DNA of 64,000 nt from positions 248,001 to 312,000 of the forward strand of contig NGBS01000003.1 in the NCBI GenBank assembly GCA_002245135.1. The letters are read 5' to 3'. This document shows, piece by piece, positions 37,806 to 51,375 of this stretch (its first letter is position 1; every line of letters starts with the position of its first letter). Under the pieces are notes generated by a model. The model saw only the letters and a list, made by a program, of their open reading frames with translations, was not told where the DNA came from and did not search any database. This DNA comes from Proteromonas lacertae (taxonomy: Eukaryota). The translations under genes and the position numbers were made by a program.

Positions 37806-39319
37806 AAACACCAAATAAACAATATCAATAAATATTATGTTAAACAAATTATCATATAATATTTAAAACACTTTATTTATATACTCTCAAATGATTTCAA
37901 ATGACTTTCATATTCTTTCTTCTTATTAAAACATTTTAAACAGTATTTACAGATTCGAGTAGTTTTCTTTATATTTAAATCAACATTGTATAAATTCATT
38001 ATTGGTTTTAAGTATTCGAGATAATAATAACGAATTATTCGTTTTTCACTTCGATGAAACAACAAATTGATTATTTCTATTTGTGGTTTATGATTCGTAT
38101 ATTGAGTTGTTCTTAATATTTCAATCTTCTTTTCATCATACATATAGAATATGTTTATTCCTATATTGTTATATTTCTCGAAAGTTCTTAAACCAATTTC
38201 ATCACATGGATCTACTGGATATTTTAATTCATATTTTATCTTATCTTTATGTTGTAATAGATTTTCTATTCGATAGTTTTCTAAATAGTTTCGCTCCTTT
38301 GAATAATGGAATAGAATTGAATATAAGAAACTCTTGTTATCATTACATGGAATTTTATCAGTGTAAACAAGTACATCTTTTGAAGATATTTGGTCGAATT
38401 GTATACTTACTTTCATAAAAACCATTATTATTATTGTGTAATCCTTGTTCATGTCGGATATCGGAATATATTGGAATAACCACTTGAAACAATTGGAATT
38501 GACTCGATTCTACCTTTGAAATTACAGTTATCAAATATCATCTTTGCATTACATTCAGATGATGAATTTAGAAGAAATTCATTACAAAAACTATTGGATA
38601 TTGCAAAATTCTTATTAGAAGCACTTGATTCATAATCACACTCAGTTTTTATCATTAATGGAGATTTGCTTGTTGAATCTGATATAATATCATTACCTGA
38701 ATATGGAACATCTGGAACATATTCATTATAATCACATATATCTGGAGAATAAGAATCTACTTTTTCACAGATGAATTCTTTCCAACTATTGTATGTTGAT
38801 TTTTCATCTTCATAACACATTTTTTTGTTTGGTACACCATATACTTCGCGATCTACTTCTGGATTTTCGACATTATATAAATCTAGATAATATGATCTTC
38901 TTTTGTTGATATTCAGTCTATCCAGTTCATTGTAAATCGAATTATCATCGTTATCTAAGGTTCATACACTCCTCATTACTCATTATTGTTTTGCTTTTAA
39001 ACCCAAAAGAAAAAATCAAATGAAAATCAAATATATATCAAACCATGTTAATTCTTTTTGAAAACAGCCAATCAAATTCCATCAGAAACTCTATTTCATT
39101 GGTTTATATATTGTAATGCCTCACTTGTGAGAAGGCTAGATTATCGTTTTGGTATAACCGCCTTGATGTATATATGTATGTATAGGTATTTGTGGATGTT
39201 CAGTAATCACATGTGAGGCTTAAACTATATCTAGAAGATTAAAGAATTATTCGTTTTATTCTTCTATCATCCTTCACTCATTATTATCCCATTCATCCTT
39301 CATTCAATCCTTATTCCTT
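37806..39319 (-). repeat. Left arm of large inverted repeat
   Basis: Reverse complement of 39590-41100. Confidence 0.97.
37877..38983 (-). pseudogene. Frameshifted copy of the 39926-41029 ORF
   Basis: Three +1 insertions relative to the right copy (~38360, ~38457, ~38961) break the frame. Confidence 0.75.
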
Positions 39320-39589
39320 AATAATATCATCATCCTCATTTATTACAGTTTTTTCATCCTTCAAAAAGTCACTCAGTCAAAAGTAGGATGAAAATTGATG
39401 ATAGAGGATAATTTCCTCAAATAGTAGAAAAAGGATTATAAAAAGAGGATTTTTAGTTAAGTCTTCTTTTTATAATCCTATTCTCTATATGATCCATCTG
39501 TGAGGAATATTATCCCTTTTTTTCAATCCTCCTAATAATCCTCTATTATCACTTTTTATGAGTTTGTAGGTGTGTAAAATCCTTCTGTG

Positions 39590-41100
39590 AAGGAATGAGG
39601 ATTGAATGAAGGATGAATGGGATAATAATGAGTGAAGGATGATAGAAGAATAAAACGAATAATTCTTTAATCTTCTAGATATAGTTTAAGCCTCACATGT
39701 GATTACTGAACATCCACAAATACCTATACATACATATATACATCAAGGCGGTTATACCAAAACGATAATCTAGCCTTCTCACAAGTGAGGCATTACAATA
39801 TATAAACCAATGAAATAGAGTTTCTGATGGAATTTGATTGGCTGTTTTCAAAAAGAATTAACATGGTTTGATATATATTTGATTTTCATTTGATTTTTTC
39901 TTTTGGGTTTAAAAGCAAAACAATAATGAGTAATGAGGAGTGTATGACCTTAGATAACGATGATAATTCGATTTACGATGAACTGGATAGACTGAATATC
40001 AACAAAAGAAGATCATATTATCTAGATTTATATAATGTCGAAAATCCAGAAGTAGATCGCGAAGTATATGGTATACCAAACAAAAGAATGTGTTATGAAG
40101 ATGAAAAATCAACATACAATAGTTGGAAAGAATTCATCTGTGAAAAAGTAGATTCTTATTCTCCAGATATATGTGATTATAATGAATATGTTCCAGATAT
40201 TCCATATTCAGGTAATGATATTATATCAGATTCAACAAGCAAATCTCCATTAATGATAAAAACTGAGTGTGATTATGAATCCAGTGCTTCTAATAAGAAT
40301 TTTGCAATATCCAATAGTTTTTGTAATGAATTTCTTCTAAATTCATCATCTGAATGTAATGCAAAGATGATATTTGATAACTGTAATTTCAAAGGTAGAA
40401 TCGAGTCAATTCCAATTGTTTCAAGTGGTTATTCCAATATATTCCGATATCGACATGAACAAGGATTACACAATAATAATAATGGTTTTTATGAAAGTAA
40501 GTATACAATTCGACCAAATATCTTCAAAAGATGTACTTGTTTACACGATAAAATTCCATGTAATGATAACAAGAGTTTCTTATATTCAATTCTATTCCAT
40601 TATTCAAAGGAGCGAAACTATTTAGAAAACTATCGAATAGAAAATCTATTACAACATAAAGATAAGATAAAATATGAATTAAAATATCCAGTAGATCCAT
40701 GTGATGAAATTGGTTTAAGAACTTTCGAGAAATATAACAATATAGGAATAAACATATTCTATATGTATGATGAAAAGAAGATTGAAATATTAAGAACAAC
40801 TCAATATACGAATCATAAACCACAAATAGAAATAATCAATTTGTTGTTTCATCGAAGTGAAAAACGAATAATTCGTTATTATTATCTCGAATACTTAAAA
40901 CCAATAATGAATTTATACAATGTTGATTTAAATATAAAGAAAACTACTCGAATCTGTAAATACTGTTTAAAATGTTTTAATAAGAAGAAAGAGTATGAAA
41001 GTCATTTGAAATCATTTGAGAGTATATAAATAAAGTGTTTTAAATATTATATGATAATTTGTTTAACATAATATTTATTGATATTGTTTATTTGGTGTTT
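39590..41100 (+). repeat. Right arm of large inverted repeat
   Basis: Reverse complement of 37806-39319. Confidence 0.97.
39926..41029 (+). CDS. Intronless protein resembling the N-terminal (pre-exonuclease) region of Polinton/Maverick-type pPolB, ending in a CxxC..H zinc finger
   Basis: NDNKSFLYSIL, LKYPV...FEKYNNIGINIF, INLLF, YYYLEYL, ICKYCLKCF...ESH; no polymerase catalytic motifs. Confidence 0.65.
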   Translation: MSNEECMTLDNDDNSIYDELDRLNINKRRSYYLDLYNVENPEVDREVYGIPNKRMCYEDEKSTYNSWKEFICEKVDSYSPDICDYNEYVPDIPYSGNDIISDSTSKSPLMIKTECDYESSASNKNFAISNSFCNEFLLNSSSECNAKMIFDNCNFKGRIESIPIVSSGYSNIFRYRHEQGLHNNNNGFYESKYTIRPNIFKRCTCLHDKIPCNDNKSFLYSILFHYSKERNYLENYRIENLLQHKDKIKYELKYPVDPCDEIGLRTFEKYNNIGINIFYMYDEKKIEILRTTQYTNHKPQIEIINLLFHRSEKRIIRYYYLEYLKPIMNLYNVDLNIKKTTRICKYCLKCFNKKKEYESHLKSFESI

Positions 41101-41248
41101 AAAATAGAAATGAAAATATTGAAACGATTATATTATCAGAATAAATATGTAATATAGTCGTTTCATTTTTTGATTTTTCAAAATTCTCAATTAACAGAGT
41201 ATAAAACTAATATGAGATTAAAACATATAAAATCAACATTTATAAATA

Positions 41249-41751
41249 TTATATATTTTCTCCTTTTTTCTTCATAAATCCAACATTTCTTAATTTATAT
41301 AGACGATAAGCATCAAGCATTGTTTCAATACTCTTAATATGCTCTGGGAAATATCTTTTGTCATTGCGAGATATATTCTTAAATGGTCGAAATCTATTGA
41401 ATTATAGAGACATTATACTTCTTATTCCATGCATGAGCAGCTCGATGATCTTTCGGTAAGTCTATTACATGTCTATGCTTCTTAGCCAACTTCAATTTAT
41501 GATGAACTGTTCTTTTTGAGCAAATGAGTAACAGATCACTGAAAAACACTCTTGGTGGATCATTATCATGCTTATATCTATAAACAATAACACATAACAA
41601 TACATAGTTAGCTTCATTTCTATTATTTCATCCCAAATATTCTGTTTCTTTTTAGATATTCCTAATGGAGGAGGTAAAGCATGAAAGAAAGCAGGTAAAC
41701 TTGTATAAGGGATAAAACACAAACCATTTGGATCAAAACCTATAACAAATA

Positions 41752-41789
<38 letters not shown>

Positions 41790-44700
41790 TCCAAACTCTA
41801 ATAAACTCTTCAAAATAATGTTGTGGTAATTCAGGCCTTCTAGTAAGACTATCAAAACTATCTAAAACAACACCAATGAACAAATTAATCAATATGAAAT
41901 TAATGATTATCATAAATGAATAGAAATAAGGATAAGCAAAGTTATTACCACATCCAGTAAATGGAATACAATTGGTTGTATTAAAATCATGAATGCAGTA
42001 ACTACTATTGTAAGTTGGATTTACTCTACAGTTATCTTGATCTAAACAATCATACATTATTTGATTCCAATTCTCACCTGTCAAACACCGAATTAATGTT
42101 AAAAAAGCTGAGAAAAAATCTCTAAAATTCACTCTATCATTCAATATTACACCATCTTTTACTTTAGCAAACAATTGAACTCCAATTATGGAATAAATTA
42201 AGAACATTAATGCTAATATAGCTGATATATTTCCTATTGCAGGTAATGTCAAGAGTAAAGTATTGAACAACATTCTGAGTGATGTAGCAAAATGTAATAA
42301 TCGTAAGATTCTACCTATTCTAAAAGCTCTAACAACTAATAATATTCCATAATGTTGATGATAAATATCCATTAAGATATAAGCCAACATCAGCACCAAT
42401 TGTGACAATAAAATCAAATACATTCCAACTCTCTCTAAAATACTGTTTTAATCCCAAGCCAAACATTTTTATCAACATTTCTATTGTAAATATCCATGCT
42501 AATGTTTCACTTATATAATCCAATGTTCTAGAATAAGCTAATGGAGCTGAGTAATAATAAGCACCCATTATGATTGTATTAATCAATATTAATATTGTTA
42601 TAAATATATCAAAACCTTCTTTTCTTACTAAGTCAAAACACATTTTTCTCCATTTATCTAAACACAACTATAAAACATCAATAAATATACTTTGAGGATG
42701 AATTAAAGGTCTATGTATTTTCAATGATAATAAAGTCTCTTTTATTGCAACCCACTCTCTTTGTTCAGAAGTGAGAAACATGTTGGCTTTTGTATTATTC
42801 TTACGAAATTCTGTAAACTTGTCAATTACAACTCCAACGAACAAATTGATCAAGAAGAAAGATCCAAGAAATATGAATATAACAAAATAGATACACCATG
42901 CTAAACTATTATCTTTAATAGGTTGCATTTCAATTCTATAAGATTAAAATAACAACTAAATATATACCCATTATTGTCTGTAGCAATATGCATTATTTTC
43001 AACCATCCTTCTCTTGAAACAAGTTGTAATAAAGTTGAAACACTTTGAAATATATTATTAAAATTCTGTGGGCAATGATAACCAGATTTCCATTGACATT
43101 TCATCCATAAACAAACATTTTTTGATGTTTCTCCACTATATTCTCCACTAAACCAACTCTTTTGTAATGCATTGAGTTTATCATATGCTATTGGATAAGT
43201 AATCAAATTAAATTGATCTGTAGTAATTGTATTTGGACAAATACAACCATAATTCAAACCTTTGAAGTAATACAGAGCAAATAAACCAAATATAATGAAA
43301 AATAAAAATGAAATTAAAGCGACATTTATCAAACCAGGTATTGACGATACTAATACATGAACTGCTCTTTTCAATGCTATTATAAAAAGTGATATAAAAT
43401 GAATAAAAAATACTTTTGAATTTGCTAATCATTGATAATGGTCTTAATGCACTCAAAGCATGTAATGATTTCATCGCTGTTAAATGTTCACCAATATCAA
43501 TAGGAGATAACACTAAAAAGATAATTATTACTACAAATAACTCTAATATATTCCAACCATTGTGTAGAAATGCACCATGAGTGAATAACACTCCCATTCT
43601 AATCAAATTATATAAGAAATATATATATCATACGATATTGTTTGTAAAAGTATCTCGACAGTAAAGAATATATTCACTATTAATTCACCATAATGAATAA
43701 CTTCATAGATTGTACTATGCGGAATGTGTAGTGGATTATCAATAGCTAATAGAGTTGAAGCAACTACAATCATAAACACGTTGAAATATTCCCAATATTT
43801 ATTACAAATTAACTTTGTTATAGCGATTCTGATTCTGTTGCTTGGACTGAATATAAACCATGAATAACCATATAATAATGAATATTCTTCTTCTGATTCT
43901 TCAGAATCTATACTGGCAAATGTCATTGGCTCTAAATGACTCTATTATGATATAAATATAACAACATGTATAATACAGCAATAGTGTATGATTCAAATCT
44001 TTTATGCCTTCTTTTAGTAGGTGTATAATTGTTATTTGAATAATCAGAATGATGAAAATGAGGTGGAGTGATAATAGTAAAGAATTCTTCATCATTTGTA
44101 TCAACCTTCCTATGTGATGTAGGTTCAATAACTGGTTCTAAATCTTCTGGAATTGGTTCTTCATCTCTCAACTCAAAGTCAACATCAGTTGTATTAATTG
44201 TTGGTGGATGTGCTTTTAATGGTAAGATAGTTGGATTAAATGTAGTTAATTCAACTTCTCTTGGACTTGTTGGCATTGCATTTTTGGTTTTCTTCCTTCC
44301 CAAACTTTGATGAATTTCTGAATAAAACGCAGATACTGTTCTTGATCTTGTTGTGTAAGAATGTGTATCAGATTGACTAGAAACAGATCCACTATCAACT
44401 TCTGGTGTTGATTCTGAATAATTATCTTCCAATAGTTCAATTTTCCTTAAATACTTTTTGATTTTATTCCATATATGTCTACATATAAATTAAGAAATAA
44501 ATATACAATAAATAAACATGAGTTCTAGTTGGTGGTGGAAAATGAATCAATTTCTTATGTCTAAAATTTCCAATCAAAATTGCTAAGAACAAATTCAATA
44601 TAATCATATTACCAAACAATATCAAATTCAATCCATAAACAGTACCCCAAAAGTCCTCTTGTCCTGATTTGATCATATCAAAATAATATGAAATCCATCA

Positions 44701-47000
44701 ATGTCTAAGTATTGAAAAACACATAACAATGAGTGAATGAATGTATCATAATTATTTCTTGGTACTACTGTAAAGACATTATATCTTGGATCTCCAATTT
44801 CTACAGCTTCTCTTGTGATTGGATCAAAATGAAATCGATCAGCAAACATAAACATACCAATTAAAGATTCAATAAATAAATATAATAACAAAATAAGACA
44901 AAAATTGATAAAATCAAAAGTGGAATAAGCAATAATTGACATAAGTTCATGTAAAGAATCCCACGATTTTATTACTTTAAATAAACGCAATATTCTCAAC
45001 GCTCTGAATATAAGAAATGAAGATCCTTGATATAATAGTAGTGAATTATCATGTATAAGAATAATCATGAATTCTGCAATACTAAACAACACAATAATCA
45101 CATCTAATATATCATATCCATCTCTAAAGTATAAAACTGGTCCAACAGCAATAATCCTTAATACCAACTCAAGTATAAATAATATTGAAAGGATAATGTG
45201 GATATATTCGCACGTTTTAGCAACTGAATTACCTATATTAATATTGTAAATATAATAAACAAAGTTATATATATATATATATATATATATATACTTGGAA
45301 GTGGATATTTATCAATCATCAATACAATAACATTAACAATGACTAAAAAGAGTATAAATAAATCAAATAATGGATGAATAACGATTTTAAATGCAAATTG
45401 TGATATTCTGTTACTTTGCATATAATGCTCTTCCAGTTTTTCTTCTCTTGTTTTATATGTAGAAACCATTATTTCATGTCTTGGTTTTTCTAACTTTTTA
45501 AATGTTCTATCTTCTTTCTATAAAACAATTAAGAATAATATATATATATATATATATACCAAAACTTCACTATGTTTCAAATATATAATAGCCAATATAA
45601 AATTCGACAAGAAATAATTACCTAACAAAACAATCAAAATAAACCATATAGGTATAAACCAAACACTAAAACTATCCATATACATATACATAATATCACT
45701 CCATCCATCCATAGTTAAAGTATTCACAATAACAATAAAAGCATCCCATAAACTATCAAAAGAAGCGTAATTATAACCAAATATTAAGTGGAAATCTGGA
45801 TCTCTCATATTCATTTCATTAATAAACCGGGGATTACCATATTCATCATAATTTGAACCACATACTTCAGGATAAGGACAAATTGCTTCAGTTGCATTAT
45901 GAATTGAACATAATCGCTTTATTGTAGTATCTTCAGGCCAAATACAATTTCTTGGTGTTTTCCAAGGTGATGTATTTTTGTTCCATTTACTACTCTCTAA
46001 AGGAATTATCGAGCCAAGCTCTTTATCATTAAATTCGTCATCATCACCATGACAGTATGGAAATTTTTCTCTATTATATAATATATCATGAAATATATGA
46101 TCTTTCGGTCTATTTAAATCATAATATTCATATTTATATTCCAAATAATGTGTTAATATTGTTGAATTATCTATTTGAATTGGATATTGTGTTAATCTAC
46201 AATGATTATGACTAAATCCCATCATTAATTGTATTCCAACAATTCCAAAAAGTACAAATACACAAAATAACAATATCACCACATTTAATAACCCTGGTAA
46301 TGAATATACTAATGTTGATAATAACATTTTCATTCTTGGAACTAGTTTAAATTAACATAGATATTATAACAATTATACTATGATTGACAGTTCTTAATGG
46401 TCTTAATAAACGTAATAAACGGAAAAATGAGATAGATGAACCTGAATCTAAAGTAAAGAATCCTGCAATAGTAACAACAAAGTCTATCAAATTCCAAAAA
46501 TCTCGAAGATAAGTTCCTCTATTATTGATATATATCATCATTTTATACTTATCAAATAAAAAACCCATTCCTATGATTCTTAATATCATTTCAATCGTAA
46601 ATATAACTTGGAACGGTATTTCTGAATAATGTATTACCTTGTTAGCTAATGATGTTGTAGCTATACCTGTGGATGGATCAAATCCTTCAGATGCTGGATG
46701 CTAGCATAAAAATAAATATATATTGCACATACATGAGTTATTGGATCAATACATTTATAATCAGTAAAGGCCAGCATAATGGAATTTGTGAAAATGAACA
46801 CAGATATGACAATATCAAACCATTTATTCATTGTAACTTTTAAAATAAATTTTCTAAATTTGTTGTCAACATCAAATAGAAATAGAGACCTATTACCAAA
46901 TCTATAGTGTTTTTCGTGGAAAAAAAAGTTGGGGTACATCGGGTCATCTTCAGAAATGGCTCTATTATTCATATAATACTCATATGATACAACATTTAAA
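41249..47000 (-). CDS. Four-domain voltage-gated Ca2+ channel alpha subunit, many introns
   Basis: S4 segments (RLLRLLRPLR, RALRILRLFK, RAFRIGRILRLL), pore loops TMDGW/DIDGF/SREGW/TGENW, INLFVGVVIDKF; start approximate. Confidence 0.92.
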
Positions 47001-47111
47001 ACATTCACTTTCAAAAAAAATATTCGTTTCAGGATCACTTCAAATCAAACCTTTTAGACAAAAAAATGAAAATAATTAATTACTAAATGCAAAACTAATT
47101 ATCAACAATTC

Positions 47112-48043
47112 TCACAGCTCTTGTACTGAATATTCTTCAGGTATATATCCTTGAATTTCATATATATTTGTGTAATGTTGTTTAATTGGCAAAATCCAAT
47201 CAAAAGAAAACCTTCCATCTCCTCCAAACACTTCTCTCAAGCTTTCTCTGGTTGATTTTATATACGAATAATCTTTTTTCAAAGCATCAATGCCAGAAAC
47301 TGAGGTGGTAATTGAATCAAATTGATCAAATAACATACAGAAGGTAAATAATCCAAAAAATATAGAAAGAAAGATCATTCCTATAATATTTAAGATCATT
47401 GTTGGGTCTGAATGACATCTAGCACATCTTGCTATCCTTATAAGCCTATATAACATTATAATAATAAATGAAAATATAAAAATAAAAAAATACGTTAAAA
47501 ATATATTATTTGTTGCTATTACTGTTAAATAGAATAGAAATAAAATGAAATATTTTTGATTCTTTAAACCTATGCAGTTATTTACCCATGGACAATGATG
47601 ATCCATTTTAACTATACATCTTTCACATATACTGCAATGATGAGCTCTATTTGGTTTATATGCTAAAGGACACTTTTTACATTGACGAATAAGATCGTCT
47701 TGATTATAATAATAAGGTTGTGCTGTTTGTGGAACACTCCCAGGATCTGTAAATGCAGCTAATAATAAAAGAATATATTATATCCGTTTATACCTCTGAA
47801 ATATGATATAATAGAAAAAGTATATAGAATACCACAGTATAGAGTTACAAAGTAATATGTTTCATCTCTGAATGCATAAGGTATCACATATGACTATCAT
47901 TGAATAAATTCAAAAACATATACTTGCAACACAAACCATGCATATAATTGAGCTCCTGTCGAAAATGGTACAAAAAAGAATCCAATCGGTTCTAAACTAC
48001 ACCAATACTTTGAATCAAACGACGTTCCTATTAAATGTCCCAT
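47112..48043 (-). CDS. DHHC palmitoyltransferase
   Basis: [30 protein letters not shown]. Confidence 0.95.
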
Positions 48044-48124
48044 TTAATCTACCTTCTATTCAGTATTCAGCGATATAAATGAAAAAAAGAATGAAGTAGG
48101 TGAACGAAAATTTTCGTTAAAGAA

Positions 48125-49707
48125 ATGAATAAAAATTATATTTTTGAGCCAGAGTCGCACTATAATGATATTGAAATAGGTGGATATATATTGGGATGTA
48201 GAATATCAAGGAATATTGCATTTTCGTTGTCAGTTGTACCAAACAATCAGTTGATGAAAGAAGATATAAAATATGAATTAACAAGATTGAAGAATGATGA
48301 GTTTGTTAAAAGAATTATTGATTTTGATGTTGAGTTTGAAATCATTGGAATTATCGATAAGGGTGTGGTTAAATATGATATATTCAAATCAGAAGAGACA
48401 ACTGTAGTATTTTATCCAAAATTATTAGAAAATTATGAATATAATGCTGATCATTCGAAAGAATTAACAGTAAATCAAAAACTACTTCAAATGGTATGAA
48501 AATAATAGGTTAATCCCTTTTTAGATTGTATTACAGAAGTATTTTAAATCAGCTTCAACTAATTTCTTCAATGAAATGCCTTCTTTCACAACTGCTATTT
48601 TTCAATCTGGTTTTGGCATATTTAGTATAATAAATAAATATATTGTTTTTTTAAAATAGTGATACTATATAGTTATATCTATAAACTGTTGTATAATCTA
48701 AGTAAAGCTCATATAATTCAAAATCATTATTATGATTCAATATACAATAAAATCACATCTGAAGATTATATAGAGAGTATATTAAATGTTGTTATATTAT
48801 TATTATCTGCATAGAACGAGATAAATACCAATACTCATTGAAATATAATGTTATGCTTGATATGATATTTGGTCAATTATTATTGTTGATATTATTCTAT
48901 TTCAACCCATCAATTTTAATAATAATGAGTAATACAGAGTTGTTATTTCAATCATTATCAACATATTCTAATCAGTATAATTTGGAGATAATTATTTCAA
49001 AGTTAGGAGAATATAAATATGTATTAAATCTCATTAATATTACACTTATAATTTATAAATGGTATTATTCAATGTTGTTGTCATATCTTCTACCATTGAT
49101 GAAGTATATGCTGTTATTTGTAATGATGTTTGGTTTGTCAATTCCTTTACAGATTATACTTGATTGGATATTCATATTTTTTCCTCCTATTTTTATCATA
49201 AGAAAAGTTTACTCTTTCATATATAGATTATATGTATAAATATATTTGATTTATAAAATGTTTACATAGTTAAATGAGTTTTACAACTTGTCACTTATTG
49301 CTAGAGGAAAAATATACAATGAAAAACAAAACAGAATTGAATCATGGAATTATAGACCTATTAAAGTATATCATTAGTTGAATATTTATTGTATGTTATA
49401 GAAATTTATTGGAATATTTTTGTGTTGTGAGTGCATAATTGTTTTCCCCATTTTGTTTGTATTAGAGCTTACTATCAAATTAATATATGGTATTGTGATG
49501 TTGTTAAGCTTTTTATTAGAAGAAATAGTGGTTCTAACATACTCATTTCCATTATATGAGATAATCCATTATTTGGTTACAGGATTGACTATTCTGGATG
49601 ATTTATATTATCAGATAAAAGAATCTACAAAAGATATTCACCTCTATATCAAAAAGAAGAGCTTTTTTGCTTTTTTAATTAATCATTTTAAAGATAAGAG
49701 ATATTAA
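48125..49707 (+). CDS. Divergent PIG-Q/GPI1-like GPI-GlcNAc transferase subunit
   Basis: Multi-[23 protein letters not shown] resembles the GPI1 motif FRGKKxNxLRxRxDSxxY..LFIG. Confidence 0.6.
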
Positions 49708-49791
49708 TTTAACTTTTGAATTTTATTTTCCTTATATGTATTCAAAAAGAAATATTTACAATTATAATAGAAATATAGACATATTAATAAT

Positions 49792-50944
49792 TTAAAAAAA
49801 TGTTTTAAATACGTTATTTGGAGGTCCTTTTTGCTTATCTGGATCCTATATACATATACAGTTATAGTTATAATTAATACTTCCCTAAATATCTTAAATT
49901 CTCTTTCCAATTGATCATTTAAACACAATACACTCGCTAAATTACCGCATCTGTAACAATAATTAGGTGCTGACCATACAGTACATACACTCTTCTCTGG
50001 GAACATATAACAAAAACCTTCTTGAACTAATTGATGAGCTCTTGCTATTAACTCCAAATGATTTATTCTGTTAAACTATTTACATATGAATAAATAGTTA
50101 TATATATATATATATTATACTTGTGCAGCTACTTTATGACCATATACATAACCTGCACCTCTTGCTGAGCTTCCCCAAGTTCCTACTTCTTCAGGGTCTG
50201 ACCACAATAAATCGCAAAATGCTCCATCTTGTGGGATTTCCTGAATACGATCTAATACACGAATTTGATCAATTGTTTTAACCAATGGAGATAACCCTGC
50301 ATGGATACAGAATATTCTATCGTTTACCAACTATTTATTATTATATATTACGATATTTATATATATATACAGCAGCAATTCCCATATAATCAAATAAATC
50401 AGTACACATAACCCAAGGATCAGCACTTCCATATTTTGTGTAACATTCTTGATAAAATCCATATACATGTGATATTTGTCTACTTTCATGATTTCCTCTC
50501 AACAAAATAATTCTATCTGGATATCTGTTGAAGATTATAATAAAATGAATATTTATACTTTACTTTAAAACATAGAAGCAATTGTATAGTTTCGACACTG
50601 TTATAACCACGATCAACATAATCTCCCTAAATATTAGTCACAAAACACAGAATACCATGAATATAAATTTTGTATCTGGTGGCCATCCAGCTATATCAAA
50701 CAGCTGTAGCAAATCATAAAACTGTCCATGTATATCACCACAGATCTATGTACAAATTATAAAACAGTTAATAATCATACTACGACTGGAGCTGGTACTG
50801 GCTGAACATTATTTTCTTCAAGAAATATTTCTTTTGACTAAATCGTTAATCAACAAATAGTTATACTGTCTCAACAAGTTGTTTCAGTTCATCTAGTTTT
50901 AAGTGCTTGCCTGCTTTAAGTTTTTCGATCCATTGGTCAATCAT
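49792..50944 (-). CDS. PPP-family Ser/Thr phosphatase, PP6/Sit4-like
   Basis: [50 protein letters not shown]. Confidence 0.92.
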
Positions 50945-51375
50945 TATCAATTTTATAAACTTTAACTAAAAGATATCTTTCAGAAAAACTTGGCTTGACA
51001 TCAAAAAGAAATGAATTTCTTAATCCTAACATAAGAATTGGTTATACTACTATCATCAATAACATAAATGGTATATATAATATATACTGAAATAATATGA
51101 TAAATTGTTGATTTTTTCTGGATTCTCTTTGTATAAGAACACTTTATAGTTTTCATGTTGATTATTAGTTAGAAATATATAGATTGGTAGTAAATATATC
51201 ATCTGGTGATACTCAATTAAGAATCATTACACAGAAGGAAGAAATGACTGTAATAGCAGAGTATTAGTATTATTGTATTTGTAATTATTTTAAAGTTAAA
51301 TGTTATATAGAATGAGTAGTGGGTATAAAATTAGAATATAAGCAAGAAAAATAATATATATCCAATAATAGTGAA

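Larger units (their letters stand above)
37806..41100. mobile_element. 3.3-kb palindromic (foldback) element with Polinton-like ORF
   Basis: Arms 37806-39319 and 39590-41100 are reverse complements (about 7 substitutions and 3 single-base indels seen); 270-bp spacer; lies between the convergent PAP and Ca-channel genes. The palindrome is certain; mobility is inferred. Confidence 0.7.

Noticed and set aside
37795..41110. Target-site duplication or canonical TIR transposon ends around the palindrome
   Set aside because: Flanks (…TTTTATTTATA | AAAATAGAAA…) are AT-only with no unambiguous duplication; no transposase is encoded
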